NCBI RefSeq assembly: GCF_039654945.1
Contig: NW_027361773.1
Span: forward strand, 11,904,001-11,968,000
Direction: 5' to 3'
Source of the DNA: Dendrobates tinctorius
Taxonomy: Eukaryota
Length of the DNA stretch: 64,000 bases
Shown piece after piece: positions 22,330 through 35,912 of the stretch. The notes under the pieces are model-generated. The model saw only the letters and a list, made by a program, of their open reading frames with translations, was not told the DNA's origin and did not search any database. Every line of letters starts with the position of its first letter. The stretch's first letter is position 1. A program made the position numbers and the translations under genes.

Positions 22330-25250
22330 ATTTTTTTTATTTTACCAAGGGTAACAGGAGAAATTGGACTGCAAAAGTTATTGTGCAATTTGTCCTGAGT
22401 ACGCTGATACCTGATTTGTGGGGGGGAACGACTGTTTCGGCGCATGGCAGAGCTCAGAATGGAAGGAGCGCCGTTTGACTTTTCAATGCAAAATTGGCTG
22501 GAATTCAGATCGGACGCCATGTCACGTTTGGAGAGTCCCTGATGTACCTAAACAGTGGAAACCCCCTACAAGTGACCCCATTTTGGAAACTAGACCCCCC
22601 AAGGAACTTATCTAGATATGTGGTGAGAACTTTGAACCCACAAGGGCTTTACAGAAGTTTATAACGTACAGCGGTACAATTAAAAAATCATATTTTTTCC
22701 ACAAAAATGATCTTTTCACCCCAATTTTTATTTTCCCAAGGGTAACAGGACCCTAAAAGTTATTGTGCAATTTGTCCTGAGTACGCTGATACCCCACATG
22801 TGGGGGTAAACCACTATTTGGGCGCATGGCAGAGCTCGGAAGGGAAGCAATGCCATTTGACGTTTTTGGCTGGAATTGAGATCGGACACCATGTCGCGTT
22901 TGGAAAACTCCTGATGTACCAAAACAGTGGAAACCCCCCACAAATGACACCATTTTGGAAACTAGACCCCCTAAGGAACTTATCTAGATGTGTGGTGAGA
23001 ACTTTGAACCCCCATGGGCTTCACAGAAGTTTATAACATACAGCCATACAATTAAAAAATCATATATTTTCCACAAAAATGATCTTTTCACCCTCAATTC
23101 TTATTTTTCCAAGGGTAACAGGACCCTAAAAGTTATTGTGCAATTTGTCCTGAGTACGCTGTTACCCCACATGTGGGGGTAAACCACTATTTGGGCGCAT
23201 GGCAGAGCTCTTAAGGGAAGCAGCGCCATTTGACGTTTTTGGCTGGAATTGAGATCGGACACCATGTCGCGTTTGGAAAACCCCTGATGTACCAAAACAG
23301 TGGAAATCCCCCACAAATGACACCATTTTGGAAACTAGACCCCCTAAGGAACTTATCTAGATGTGTGGTGAGAACTTTGAACCCCCATGGGCTTCACAGA
23401 AGTTTATAACATAAAGCCATACAATTAAAAAATCATATTTTTTCCACAAAAATGATCTTTTCACCCTCAATTCTTATTTTTCCAAGGGTAACAGGACCAT
23501 AAAAGTTATTGTGCAATTTGTTCTGAGTATGCTGATACCCAACATGTGGGGGTAAACCACTATTTGGGCGCATGGCAGAGCTCGGAAGGGAAGCAGCGCC
23601 ATTTGACGTTTTTGGCTGGAATTGAGATCGGACACCATGTCGCGTTTGGAAAACTCCTGATGTACCAAAACAGTGGAAACCCCCCCACAAATGACACCAT
23701 TTTGGAAACTAGACCCCCTAAGGAACTTATCTAGATGTGTGGTGACCACTTTGACCCCCCCAGTGCTTCACAGAAGTTTATAATGCCCGGGCGTGAAAAT
23801 AAATAATTCGTATTTTTTCCACAAACATGATCTTTTAGTCACCATTTTTTTATTTTCCAAAGGGTACCAGGAGAAATTGGACCCCAAAAGTTGTTGTCCA
23901 ATTTGTCCTGAGTATGCTGATACCCCATATGTGGGAGAAAACTACTGTATGGGCACACGTCGGAGCTCGGAAGGGAAGTAATGACGTTTTGGAATGCAGA
24001 CTTTGATGGAATGGTCTGCGGGTGTCATGTTGCCTTTGGAGAGCCCCTAAAGTACCTAAACAGTGGAAACCCCCACAAATGACACCATTTTGTAAACTAG
24101 ACCCCCCAAGGAACTTATCTAGATGTGTGGTGAGCACTTTGAACCCCCCAGTGCTTCACAGAAGTTTATAACGCCCGGGCGTGAAAATAAAAAATTCGTA
24201 TTTTTTCCACAAACATGATCTTTTAGTCACCATTTTTTTATTTTCCCAAGGGTACCAGGAGAAATTGGACCCCAAAAGTTGTTGTCCAATTTGTCCTGAG
24301 TATGCTGATTCCCCATATGTGGGTGAAAACTACTGTATGGGCACACGTCGGGGTTCGGAAGGGAAGTAGTGACGTTTTGGTATGCAGACTTTGATGGAAT
24401 GGTCTGCGAGTGTCATGTTGCCTTTGGAGAGCCCCTAATGTACCTAAACAGTGGAAACCCCCCACAAATGACCCCATTTTGAAAACTAGACCCACTAAGG
24501 AACTTATCTAGATGTGAGGTGAGCACTTTGAACCCCCAAGGGCTTCACAGAAGTTTATAATGCCAGGGCATGAAAATAAAAAAATGGTATTTTTTCCAGA
24601 AACATGATCAATTAGTCCCCAATTTTTTCATTTTCCCAAGGGTAACAGGAGAAATTGGACCCCAAAAGTTGTTGTCCAATTTGGCCTGAGTACGCTGACA
24701 CCCCATATGTGGGAGAAAACTACTGTATGGACACACGTCGGGGCTCGGAAGGGAAGCAGTGACGTTTTGGAATGCAGACTTGGATGGAATGGTCTGCGGG
24801 TGTCATGTGCGTTTGGAGAGCCCCTGATGTACCTAAACTATTGAAACTCCCCACAAGTGACCCCATTTTGGACACTAGACCCCCCACGGAACTTATCTAG
24901 ATGTGTGGTGAGCACTTTGAACCCCCAAGTGCTTCACAGAAGTTTATAACACTCGGACGTGAAAATAAAAAAATCATTTTTTTCCACAAAAATGATATTT
25001 TTGCCCCCAATTTTTTATTTTCCTAAGGGTAACAGGAGAAATTGGACCCCAAAAATTGTTTTGCAATTTGTCCTGAGTAGGCTGATACCCTACATGTGGG
25101 GGTAAAACACTGTTTGGGTGCATGGCAGAGCTTGGAAGGGAAGGAGCACCATTTGACTTTTTCAACTCAGAATTGGCTGGAATTGAGATCAGACGCCATG
25201 TTGCATTTGGAGAGCCCCTGATGTGCCCAAACAGTGGAAACCCCCAATTA
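22330..25250. repeat. Tandem array of ~373-388 bp units
   Basis: Recurrent gaaactagacccccc..aaggaacttatctagatgtgtggtgag; ORF-track offsets of 373 and 388 bp. Confidence 0.95.
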
Positions 25251-25298
25251 TAACTCCAACCCTAACCCCAACACACCCCTAACCCTAATCTGAGCCCT

Positions 25299-25442
25299 NN
25301 NNNNNNNNNNNNNNNNNNNNNNNNNNNNNNNNNNNNNNNNNNNNNNNNNNNNNNNNNNNNNNNNNNNNNNNNNNNNNNNNNNNNNNNNNNNNNNNNNNNN
25401 NNNNNNNNNNNNNNNNNNNNNNNNNNNNNNNNNNNNNNNNNN
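25299..25442. other. Assembly gap (144 N)
   Basis: Run of N. Confidence 1.
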
Positions 25443-25788
25443 ACACGCTGCGGATTTTGCTGCAGTTCCGCAGTGGTTTTGGCTGCTGCGGACCCCAGTA
25501 CCATGATTCCCTATGGGAATCAAAAACCGCAGTGCAGACGGTGCGGAATTTTCCGCGCGGATTATCTGCGGTTTTCAATCCGCAGAAAGAATTGACATGT
25601 CAATTCTTTCTGCGGATTCTCCTGCGGTTTGCCATCTACTCTAATGAGGAGATGAAAAACCGCAGGACAAAACCGCAGAGCAATCTGCAGGTAAAACCGC
25701 AGGTCTTTTGACCTGCGGTTTCACCTGCGGATTTTACAAAATCCGCGCTGATGAATCCGCACCTAATCCGCAGCGTGTGCACACAGCC
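25443..25788. mobile_element. Harbinger-type MITE (right part) inserted in the CCCTAA-like tract
   Basis: ctgcgg/ccgcag palindromic repeats; end GTGTGCACACAGCC-tta. Confidence 0.6.
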
Positions 25789-28700
25789 TTACCCTAACGG
25801 GAAAATGGAGATAGATACTTTTTTTTTTAGTTTTATTATTTTTCCCTAACTAAGGAGGTGATAACGGGGGGTTTGATTTACTATTTATGGCGGTTTTTAT
25901 GTTTGGCGGCTGTCACACGCTAAAAGACGCTTTTTATTGTAAAATAGTTTTTGCATCACCACATTTTGAGAGCTATAATTTTTCCGTATTTTGACCCACT
26001 GAGTCATGTGAGGTCTTATTTTTTGCAGGACGAGTTGACGTTTTTATTGGTACCATTTTCGGGCACGTGACATTTTTTGATCGCTTTTTATTCCTATTTT
26101 TGGGACGCAGAATGAACAAAAACCAGCGTTTCATGAATTTCTTTTGGGGGGGTGCGTTTACACCGTTCCGCGTGCGGTAAAATTGATAAAGCGGTTTTAT
26201 TCTTCGGGTCAGTACGGTTACAGCGATACCTCATTTAGGTCTTTTTTTATGTTTTTGTCGGTTTTATGCAATGAAAACTATTTTATATAAAAAATAATTA
26301 TTTTTGCATCGCTTTATTCTGTGAGCTATAACTTTTTTATTTTTTCGCTGATGATGCTGTGTTGCAGCTCGTTTTTTGCGGGACAAGATGACGTTTTCAG
26401 CGGTACCATGGATATTTATATGCGTCTTTTTGATCGCGCGATATTACACTTTTTGTTTGGCAGTATGATAATAAATCATTATTTTTTGCTTCGTTTTTTA
26501 TTTTTATTTTTTAAGGGGTTCGCTAAAAGGGTTAACTAATGGGACAGTTTTATAGGGCGGGTCATTACGGACGCGGCAATACCTAATATGTGTACTTTTA
26601 TTGTTTTTTTTTTTATTATTTTCAAAAAATGAATTTATTGGGGAATATTTTTTTTTTTTTTTACTAATTTATTTGGCGATTTTTTTTAATTTATTTTTAC
26701 ATTTTTTTTTAATTTTTTTTTACTTTATTACATAGTCCCAGGTGGGACATCACTGTCCTGTGACAGATCGCTGATCTGTCACATCACAGATCACTGTGAC
26801 AGATCAGCAATCTGTCACAGGCATTGAAGCAGACTTCCTCTTGCCTGCGCTTTGCAGGCACTGAGGAAGCCAGCTTCCTCAGGTCCCCGAAGGCCCCTGT
26901 CGCCATCTTGGATCCAGGGGCCTGGAGGATAGGAGCCCCCCGCAGCAGCGCTGCACATTGCGCTGCCGTGGGGGGCTCAGGGAAGCACGGAGGGAGCCCC
27001 CTCCCTGCCGATGCTTCCCTTTAACTCCCGGTACACCGCGATCATGTTTGATCGCGGTGTGCAAGGGGTTAACGTGTCGGGGGCGGTCCGTGACCGCCCC
27101 TGACACATAGTGCCGGGTGTCAGCTGTGATAATCAGCTGACACCCGGCCGCGATCAGCGGCGCTCACCACGTGGGCGCCGCTGATCGCGGTAGACGTACT
27201 ATCCCGTCCACGGTCATACGGGCCTGGGTACCGTGGACGGGATAGTACGTCGGATGTCAGGAAGGGGTTAATAGCCATTCAAACCCATTTGTGTCAACTT
27301 CTGTACATGTTATCAGGCCAAAATCATCAGGGAATGTAAACTTTTGTTCAGGGTCATTTGGATGTTTTGGGTTGTCATTATGATTTAAAAACAAAAGACA
27401 CAGTAGTTTGACAATAAATGGCTTCACCCAACCACTAACCATGAGTGGAGAAAAAGTATTGGTGGTATTATTCATATTCTCTGAAAAAAGACCAAGAAAG
27501 CAAAAATTCTGCTGGGGTATGTAAACTTTTGAACTAGCACATAATTTCAAAAAACATCACAGAAAAAAGAGGCAGCCTTATCTACACCAGGTCAGATTAC
27601 GAATGCACTAGCAGGATGCAGCAGACCCCCATGACAAAGCCAGTGGCAATACAGGTGCAAAATACTAATGCAAACCGCCACTCAGAAACCTACCAACTCA
27701 TGAAGGGAGTGGCTGTGTAGTATTAAACATGCACCCAGATGGAGCTTGGATAGGATGCCAGTCACACTAGTCAAAAGGACAATTTGCATATGAAAAACGG
27801 AGTTTACAAAGGCATTATTTTAAACATGTGGTTAGGCGTTAAATACAATAAGGGGTTGGTTAGGCAGGGTATTTAGCAAGAAATATACAAATGCTGGTAT
27901 GTTGGAGGGCTGGGGGACCTGTCAGGTTCTCTTTTAAATTAGGACAACACAAAAACAAAATGATTGTGTTAGATAGATACTAAATAAAAGTTCACTTTGA
28001 GAACCTTGAGAACCTAATTTTTGTATGTGAGCTGCCAGTTGGCTTGTACTGTGAAAGAAGACATCTCTTTACGGTCCTGAGTATGTAATGGTAAGACTCA
28101 TGCACACAATAGACGTGATATTAGCCGATGCTGGTCCTGTCTGCTCTTGTGTAGGTGTTAGGATACGCTCAGGTGAACTTGGACACTAGTTTCTTTGAAG
28201 TGGTCAATCAACCAACATTTGGAAAACACAACATCTCTCAGGAAAGGCAATGATCTCCGGTAAATTACACCCACGGATGTTTTCATTGGGTGCAATAGTC
28301 AATGTCTTCCTCATGCATCATTTCAAGCTTCTCATCACAGCTGTAATAAAGCAATTGTTAGACCTTTCTAGGTCTACACCCATTATAGTGCTTTCATATG
28401 AATACTCCTACTGTCTGAGTGGTTGCAAAAAGGATGTCATTTTATTATGTATGCTTGCACTCCCGTGAGATTGTTGATCAATGGATGATTGCAGTAGTCG
28501 GGGCACTGCTAATGAATGACATGGTGTATACTCAGTGGAAATCCTCCATTTTTGTTTTTACAAAGGGCTATTGTGTAAAAGTAATGCAAATCAGCTTTCA
28601 AATTATGCCAAGCCGACTGTCTTTATATAATAATGTAGAAATAATTAATAACAGTAGTCACATTAGCATTATAGCTCATGCACACAACACACTGTGTTAC

Positions 28701-29533
28701 AAATTGGTACAAACGTTCTATTCTTTGGGGCTTTACTGTAACTGTTCTTTCTGATGCTGTCAGAAAAAATGGTGTGTTACGCAGATCTTCCTTATGCTGG
28801 GTTCTGATGGTCATATTTGACATACGTGTGCTCTCTGTGTTACAGTCAGTCAGATATAATGCCAACCATGGTTATTGGATAGAGCAGTTAAGATGGGAGT
28901 TTTTTCACATGGGCCGAGTGTCCGTGGGTAAAACAATGCAGCATTTGAGTCTCTTCCATTTTTTGTGATGAGATTTGTCTGCTCAACACTATGGATGAGC
29001 AAGATAAAACTGATAGTATATGGATCATCCCTATAGCATCCATTTTTTACATTTATAATTTTTCAATTATTAATGTAGGAAACTGTATTTAGTGTTACAG
29101 ATATCATATGGAAGTAAAAATCAGCCATACATGGATGACACACGGATGGAATATGAATGTCAATACAGATGAAAATTGTCCCGTTTTGTCATATGCTCAT
29201 CTGAGCTCGCCCTTACTATCACTGCTTTTAAGAGCAAATATATGTGCAATACAGCGCAGTACTAAAGCACTGTATGAGGGACGCAAAGTGCCTATGGCTC
29301 TCTAGTATGGAAAATGGGGAATAGGAAAACAACAATTTTTGATTCAAAGATTCTAATTTCAAATTTATAAAAAACAACTAATACTGTTTTTCTCTTGTTG
29401 AAATATTTATTTTTTTTGTAACCGTTATTTAATGAGTTGACTGACTTTTTGATATTGATGACCTTAGGATAGACAATCAATATCAGGTTAGTGGGGTTCT
29501 GACAGCCTGCACCCCATGAATCAGCTGTTTTAA

Positions 29534-32166
29534 CCCCTTAGTGACAGAGCCAATTTGCAGCTTAATGACTAGGCCAATTTTTACAATTCTAACCACTGTC
29601 ACTTTATGAGGTTATAAATCTGGAACGCTTTAACGCATCCTGCTGATTCTGAGAATGTTTTTTCGTGACTTTTTGTACTTCATGTTAGTCATAAAATTTC
29701 TTCGATATGACTTATTTATGAAAAAAATGGAAATATGGCGAAAATGTTTAAAATTTCACAATTGTCAAACTTTTAATTTTTATCCCCTTAAATCGCAGAG
29801 ATATGTCACACAAAATGGTTAATAAATAACATTTCCCACATGTCAACTTTACATCAGCACAGTTTTGGAAACAAATTTTTTTTGTTAGGAAGTTATAAGG
29901 GTTAAATATTGACAAGCAAAATTTTACAGCAAAATTTACAAAACCATTTTTTTTAGGGACCACCTCACATTTGAAGTCACTTTGTGTGGTGTACATGACA
30001 GAAAATACCCAAAAGTGACACCATTCTAAAAACTGCACCCCTGAAGGTGCTCAAAACCACATTCAAGAAGATAATTAACCCTTTACGTGCTTCACAGGAA
30101 CTGAAGCAATGTGGAATGAAAAAATGAACATTTAACTTTTTTTTCACAAACATTTTACTTCATGACCAATTTTTTATTTTCAAAAATGTAAAATGGGAAA
30201 ATGAACAACAAAATTTGTTGTGCAATTTCTCCTGAATATGTCAATACCTCATATGTGGGTGTAAACCACTGTTTGGGGGCACAGCGGAGCTCGGAAGGGA
30301 AGGAATATCGTTTGACTTTTTCAATGCAGAATTGTCTGGAATTGAGATTGGACACAGTGCTGCGTTTGGAGAGCCCCTGATGTGCCTAAACAGTGGAAAC
30401 CACCCATAAGTGACCTCAGTTTGGAAACTAGACCCCCCCCAAAGAACTTATCTAGATGGTGGTGAGCAAATTGAAGCCCCAAATGCTTTACGGAAGTTTA
30501 TAACATAGAGCCGTGAAAATAAAAAATCATATTTTTTCCACAAAAATGAATTTTTGACCCCAAGTTTTTATTTTCCCAAGGGTAACAGGATTAATTAGAC
30601 CACCAAAGTTGTTGTGCAATGCGTCCTGAAAATTCTGACACTCCATATGTGGGGGTAAACCACTGTTTGGGCGCACAGCAGAGCTTGGAAGGGAAGGAGC
30701 GCTGTTTGACTTTTTCAGTGTAGAATTAGCTGGAATTGAGTTCGGATGCCATGTTGCATTTGGAGAGCCCCTGATGTGCCTAAACATTGGAAACCCCCCA
30801 CTAGTGTCCCCATTTTGGAAACTAGACACCCCAAGGAACTTATCTAGATGTGTTGTGAGAGCTTTGAACCCCCAAGTGTTTCACTAATGTTTATAATGCA
30901 GAGCCGTAAAAATAAAAAATCATTTTTTTCCACAATAATGATTTTTTAGCCTCCAATTTTTTATTTTCACAAAGGTAACAGGAGAAATTGGCCCCCAAAT
31001 GTTGTTGTCCAATTTGTCCTGAGTACGCTGATACCCCATATGTGGGATAAAGCTACTGTTCGGGCCCTTGGGGCTCGTAAGGGAAGTAGTGACATTTTGG
31101 AATGCAGACTTTGATGGAATGGTCTGCGAGCATCATGTTGCGTTTGCAGAGCCCCTGTTGTGCCTAAACAGTGGAAACCCCACACAAGTGACCCCATTTT
31201 GGAATCTAGACCCCCAAAGGAACTTTTCTAGATTTGTTATGGGAACTTTCAACAGCCAAGTGTTTCACAGAAGTTTGTAAGGCACAGCCGTGAAAATCAA
31301 AAATATTTTTTTCCATAAAAATGATTTTTAGCCCAGAATTTTTTTATTTCCACGAGGGTAACAGGAGAAGTTGGACCCCAAAAGTTGTTGTCCAATTTGT
31401 CTTGAGTACGGCGATACCCCATATGTGGGGGTAAACCACTGTTTGGGTGTGCGGCAGAGCTCGGAAGGGAAGGAGCACTGTTTGACTTTTTCAACGCAGA
31501 ATTGGCTGGAATTGAGATCAGGTGCCAGGTCGCATTTGGAGAGCTCCTGATGTTCCTAAACTGTGAAAACCCCCCAATTCTAACTCCAACCTTAATTCCA
31601 ACACACCACTAACCCTAATCACAACCCTAACCTTAACTCTAACCACAACCCTAACCCCAAAACACCTTTAACACTAATCCCAGCCCAAACTACAACCCTA
31701 ACCCCAACACACCCCTAACTCTAATCCCAACCCTAACCATAACCCTAACCACAAACCTAACCCTAATCCAAACCCTAACCCTAATCCCAACCCTAACTTT
31801 AATCTCAACCCTATCCCTAATACTAACCTTACCCGTAATACAAACCCTAACCCTAAATTTAGCCCCAACACTAACCCTAACTTTAGCCCAACTCACTTTA
31901 GCCCAACTATAACCCTATTGGGAAAATGGAGATAAATACTTTTTTATTTTATTATTTTTCCCTAAGGGGGTGATAAAGGGGAGTTTAATTTACTATTTTT
32001 TTTATTTTGATCACTGTGGCAGGTTTCCCCCCGCAGCCGAGACCCCTGAAAAATTCTGGCGCTGGGCGCTATAACCTTAAACCTCAGCGCTGTTAAAAAG
32101 CGGCACTGTGGTTTAAGTACCCTTAACTGCTGCTGTGAAAAGGCGTATTGGTGGTCGTTAAAGGGT
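29534..32166. mobile_element. Second, more diverged copy of the TTAA satellite-carrying transposon
   Basis: TTAA-CCCCTT start; homologous to 21692 onward; four ~385-bp units; degenerate AAGGG-TTAG end. Confidence 0.8.
31578..31916. repeat. Degenerate telomere-like (CCCTAA)n tract
   Basis: aaccctaaccctaatccc variants inside the transposon. Confidence 0.85.
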
Positions 32167-32365
32167 TTAGCAGTGGATGCACGTAAACAGTGAACAAATC
32201 AGAACTGAAATAGCATGGACCTGTTCAATGTGTAGTGGCCATTGCCAAGAATTACGGCACAATTCCAATCTGATAATGAAAACTGAAATGTGTGTGCATT
32301 GTCACGTCTTCATACAGTGGCTGCAGTGGTTACGTGCACGGTATCGGTTATCTTACTGCTGATAC

Positions 32366-32697
32366 CAGGTACGGACTGGGACTGAAATTCAGCCCTGGCA
32401 TTTGAAATTACACAGGCCAATGTTGTCCCTGTCCCCAAAAACCAGATGGGATATATTACTAATATTACCCTGGATGGAGGAAAGGAAGATTTACTACAAG
32501 ACCAATATTTCTAATGATACCCATGGCCTTTTGGGGTAAGTGACAGAGTCAGCGACTTGGTGCTCCATCACAATTCTTAACTGTATTGGTGTCTTGAGAA
32601 CACCTATTCTGTTAGCAACGTAACAGACATGGCGGCCCACAATCAGAAAGGTCCTTCTGGCATTTGCCAGAATTGCCAGATGGCCAGTCCGGCCCTG
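32366..32697. mobile_element. hAT MITE
   Basis: TIR CAGGTACGGACTGG / CCAGTCCGGCCCTG; 8-bp TSD GCTGATAC. Confidence 0.85.
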
Positions 32698-33167
32698 GCT
32701 GATACCTACCAACAAAGACAGGTAGCAGTGACTGAAAGCTAACACTCACAGTTGGACATATCAGGGCCAACTTCCGCTTCCAAAACAGGTGGAAATGTTC
32801 ATTATAATGCTCAATTGGACGGCAAAGGGCATATATATTGTTTTGCCACAGGGGCCCTCTTCTGTCTGTGTCTTATCCTGCTAGTGCTTAGGCCGGTTGC
32901 AGATGTTATTATATTGGGGCTCAGGAACTTGAATTTATGTCTCTGATGACTGAAGACTGCTGATGTTCAACCTAATGTCTTACAGCCACTCCTTGTGCGC
33001 TCCATGAGCATATAACTGTGCATTATACAGATTGACTTTTCAGTTTCCATAGTTTCTATAAAAACTGCAGTATGTGATCACATTTTGCTTTTACAGTTAT
33101 GCATGACATAACTTCTTACAGTAAGTACTAGTGATTCATCTTATCTGATAAAGCTGTCAGTGACTAG

Positions 33168-34564
33168 TAGTGTTGAGCATTCCGATAATGCAAATATTGG
33201 GCATCGTCCAATATTTGCGGTATCGGAATTCCGATACTGAGTTCCGATACTTTTTGCATATCGAATACCGGAATCGGAAGTTCCCATAATGCTATGAGCC
33301 AGTTTGATTTGATTCAGCCAATGAGGAATCCTAAGAAGTGTGGGCACATCCTGTTAGGCATGAAGGCATGTTAACTAATGGCATGGCTGTGATTGGCTGC
33401 GAGCAGAGCACCCAGCTGCTCCTCCCCCAGACACACGATGAACAGTAATCTATGGAAAGTGAAACTAGTGAGGGAGGAGGAAATGACCAGTTCTCATTTC
33501 AATGCCAGAACACCCCCCCTGGACGTTTATCTTAGAAGCAAGAGATGATATCTTGGAAACCATGCAGACTAGCCACAGAAGGTAACTTACTTATTGTCAG
33601 CATTCTGCAGCCTAGATATGCACTGAGATTATGTGAAAAGCCCGGACAACCTGTTCTGTTATGTATTTCCGCCAAGTTGGATCGCCCGCCAGGGCTGGTG
33701 GGGTACTCGGTACCGGGCCCGTTTGTTTCAATGGGAGATGTCACGGTAGCTGTGACCCGGTCCGTGGCCCTGGGCATCCATTGTAAAAGGGAAATGTTGA
33801 ACGTGTGGATGATAATTAAAGTTTATGAGTGAATGATTCGTGACGCCACCTGTGGTGTTCGGCAATGAAGATGTTAAGCCGACGCTGCAGACAGATCCTC
33901 TGGGACAGATGGTGCGGTGCAGCTTTGATGTTGTGGCCCTCCACAGGTAAGGCTGTAGTCCCAGGGCAGTGTAGATGGAGAGGTAGTGAAGAGACGTAGA
34001 TGGTGCAGTGCCAGGCACAGAGATGTAGCAGTGCTGAGTGTGTTGGCGCAGGAATAACTGGAGGACACCAGGGCTTGTAGTTCCAAAGCTTTACTCACAG
34101 TCTGTTGTGCATACAGGTGCCCACATCCATGCTGTGTCCTCCGGGTCAGGGGCTCAGTCAACCTCCAAGCTAGATGAAGCACTCCGTTCCAACACTCCAC
34201 CAACATGTGCCTTTCTGAACGTCTCCCTCTATTGCTACACAACCCCTTTAACATAGTCAATATCTTTGTAACTCCGAACGTCTTAAAAAAAATTAATTCC
34301 TGCTATTCCATTTGATTGGGCTAAACCTCTATGCCTTTAATGTCTCCTCCACCTCCCCCAATACATTCTACATTATTCTTAGTTGTTTTCCTTCATGTAG
34401 AATTAACCTACAAGGAAAGAAAGGGTTTATTTTAATTCCGATATTTCTGTCCCATTGACTTGCATTGGTTTCCGGTATCGGAATCGTCGATATCCAATAT
34501 TTTTTGGGTATCGGTCCGATCCAATCCGATATTTCCCGATATCGGAAGGTATCGCTCAACACTA
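33168..34564. mobile_element. Non-autonomous hAT element containing an LTR-like fragment (about 33680-34240)
   Basis: TIR TAGTGTTGAGC / GCTCAACACTA; 8-bp TSD GTGACTAG; subterminal ccgata repeats. Confidence 0.85.
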
Positions 34565-35357
34565 GTGACTAGTACTCCACATGTTAGTGTATCATATCAC
34601 TGACTTACAATACAGTGGAGTTTAGTACATGATACTTCCATCAAGTAAAAAAAAGGTTGTTGTTCCAGCATCTGGTAAAATGAGTTCTTTCTCTATTTAA
34701 ATCCATTAAAACTTGCAAAATTACAATGGTTGCATAGACAAGGGGGGGGAGAAAGATGGGTTTCGATTGTTCTCTTGCGTTCTTTATCACAGCTTAGCCA
34801 CATAATAAAAATGTTTAACTAAAATACTATAAATGTGCCAATGAAAACAGTTGGAACAAGTCACATGACACAATTATGTCAATGAATACATTCATTAAGC
34901 AACAGGTGTATGAAAACAGTAAATAGTGATACATGGTTTCTCTTTTTAGATTAAAACCTTTAGGGCTTCTTGAATCCAGATTAGAAATCCAATACTTTTT
35001 TTTGTTAATAATTTGCATTTAATATCTCCGCCTCTTGCATTTATTTAAAATAAAGAAATACCTCATTTTACCAGATTGCTGGAACAACAGCCTTTTTTTT
35101 CCTTGAGCACATTATCTGGTGTGGATCCACCTGGTTTCATGCAAACTGGACTTCAAGTACTAGGTCTTTAACTTTAGCCCTTTTAGAGATCATTTCATTT
35201 TCAACTTACTTATTTGTTAACAAGAACAGTAATCTTCCCCAGGGGTGCCCAAACCTTTACATGTCACTTTATGTCAACTATAGTGAAAAAAACTTGGCAC
35301 TTGTTTGGTGTGATAAGCAAGGATATCATTTTTATTGTAGAAAATACAGACGAAAAT

Positions 35358-35396
35358 TAGAGACGTTTCGGTAAAAACATAATCTTCATCAGTCTA
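35358..35396 (-). ncRNA. Candidate minimal type I hammerhead ribozyme (Penelope-type)
   Basis: Minus strand: TAGA CTGATGA AGATTATGTTTTTACC GAAAC GTC TCTA; helix I TAGA/TCTA, canonical core, GUC site. Confidence 0.6.
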
Positions 35397-35764
35397 CTAA
35401 CAGAAAAATATACAAAATATGCAAGTAAATAAAAAGAAAAAATATCAACATATGATTATGTCAAGAATAAAGTTACATCAAGTAGAAAGGCATGCAACTG
35501 ATAAAACTATCAGTCGTGGATAATCCAAGGAATACATCAGCAATTATCTACTATAATATGACCATTAAATTTGGAAGGAGAATGATCAAAGATATAGGCT
35601 TATGAGTGCATTAAAGAGCAGTGTATACTGTAAAATATATATAATGCATCCTGGCAAAAAAATCAAACCAGAAAAAAGACTAAAGCATAGGAAGGGCAGT
35701 AATATATCTGCATAGAGACCTAAAGGTAGATAGAGCCAAGAAAATAGTGGTCAATACATTAAAC

Positions 35765-35912
35765 AATTGCGCATGTTGGTGTATCATCCACAGACTGATG
35801 TTCAAGTGGAAAGATTTAACAAGACCCGTAAATGTATGCTAAAGAAAATGGTCTCCAAAGATGGGAAGGATTGGGATACGTTACAGTCTCATTTATTGTT
35901 TGCTCTCTGAGA
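35765..35912 (+). pseudogene. Isolated Gypsy integrase core fragment
   Basis: VYHPQTDVQVERFNKTRKCMLKKMVSKDGKDWDTLQSHLLFAL. Confidence 0.75.

Larger units (their letters stand above)
21692..27267. mobile_element. Large non-autonomous TTAA-specific (piggyBac-like) DNA transposon with internal satellite
   Basis: TTAA-CCCCTTC...GAAGGGG-TTAA; host Tc1 sequence rejoins across it; no transposase. Confidence 0.8.
19563..27543. mobile_element. Defective IR/DR Tc1 element built from two left ends, with nested insertions
   Basis: TIR CAGTTGTGCTCAAAAGTTTACATACCCCAGCAG at 19563, inverted at about 27505-27540; transposase pieces at 20675-20838 (+) and about 20880-21660 (-) including WPSQSPDLNIIE. Confidence 0.8.

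Noticed and set aside
22330-25250. CRISPR-like or tandem-gene array
   Set aside because: Whole units repeat with no unique spacers; ORFs are short and inconsistent; eukaryotic TE context
28050-29000. Possible old Tc1/mariner transposase remnant
   Set aside because: Only faint motif traces; boundaries cannot be supported
31690-31896. Arg-Val repeat ORF
   Set aside because: Translation of the (TTAGGG)n-like tract
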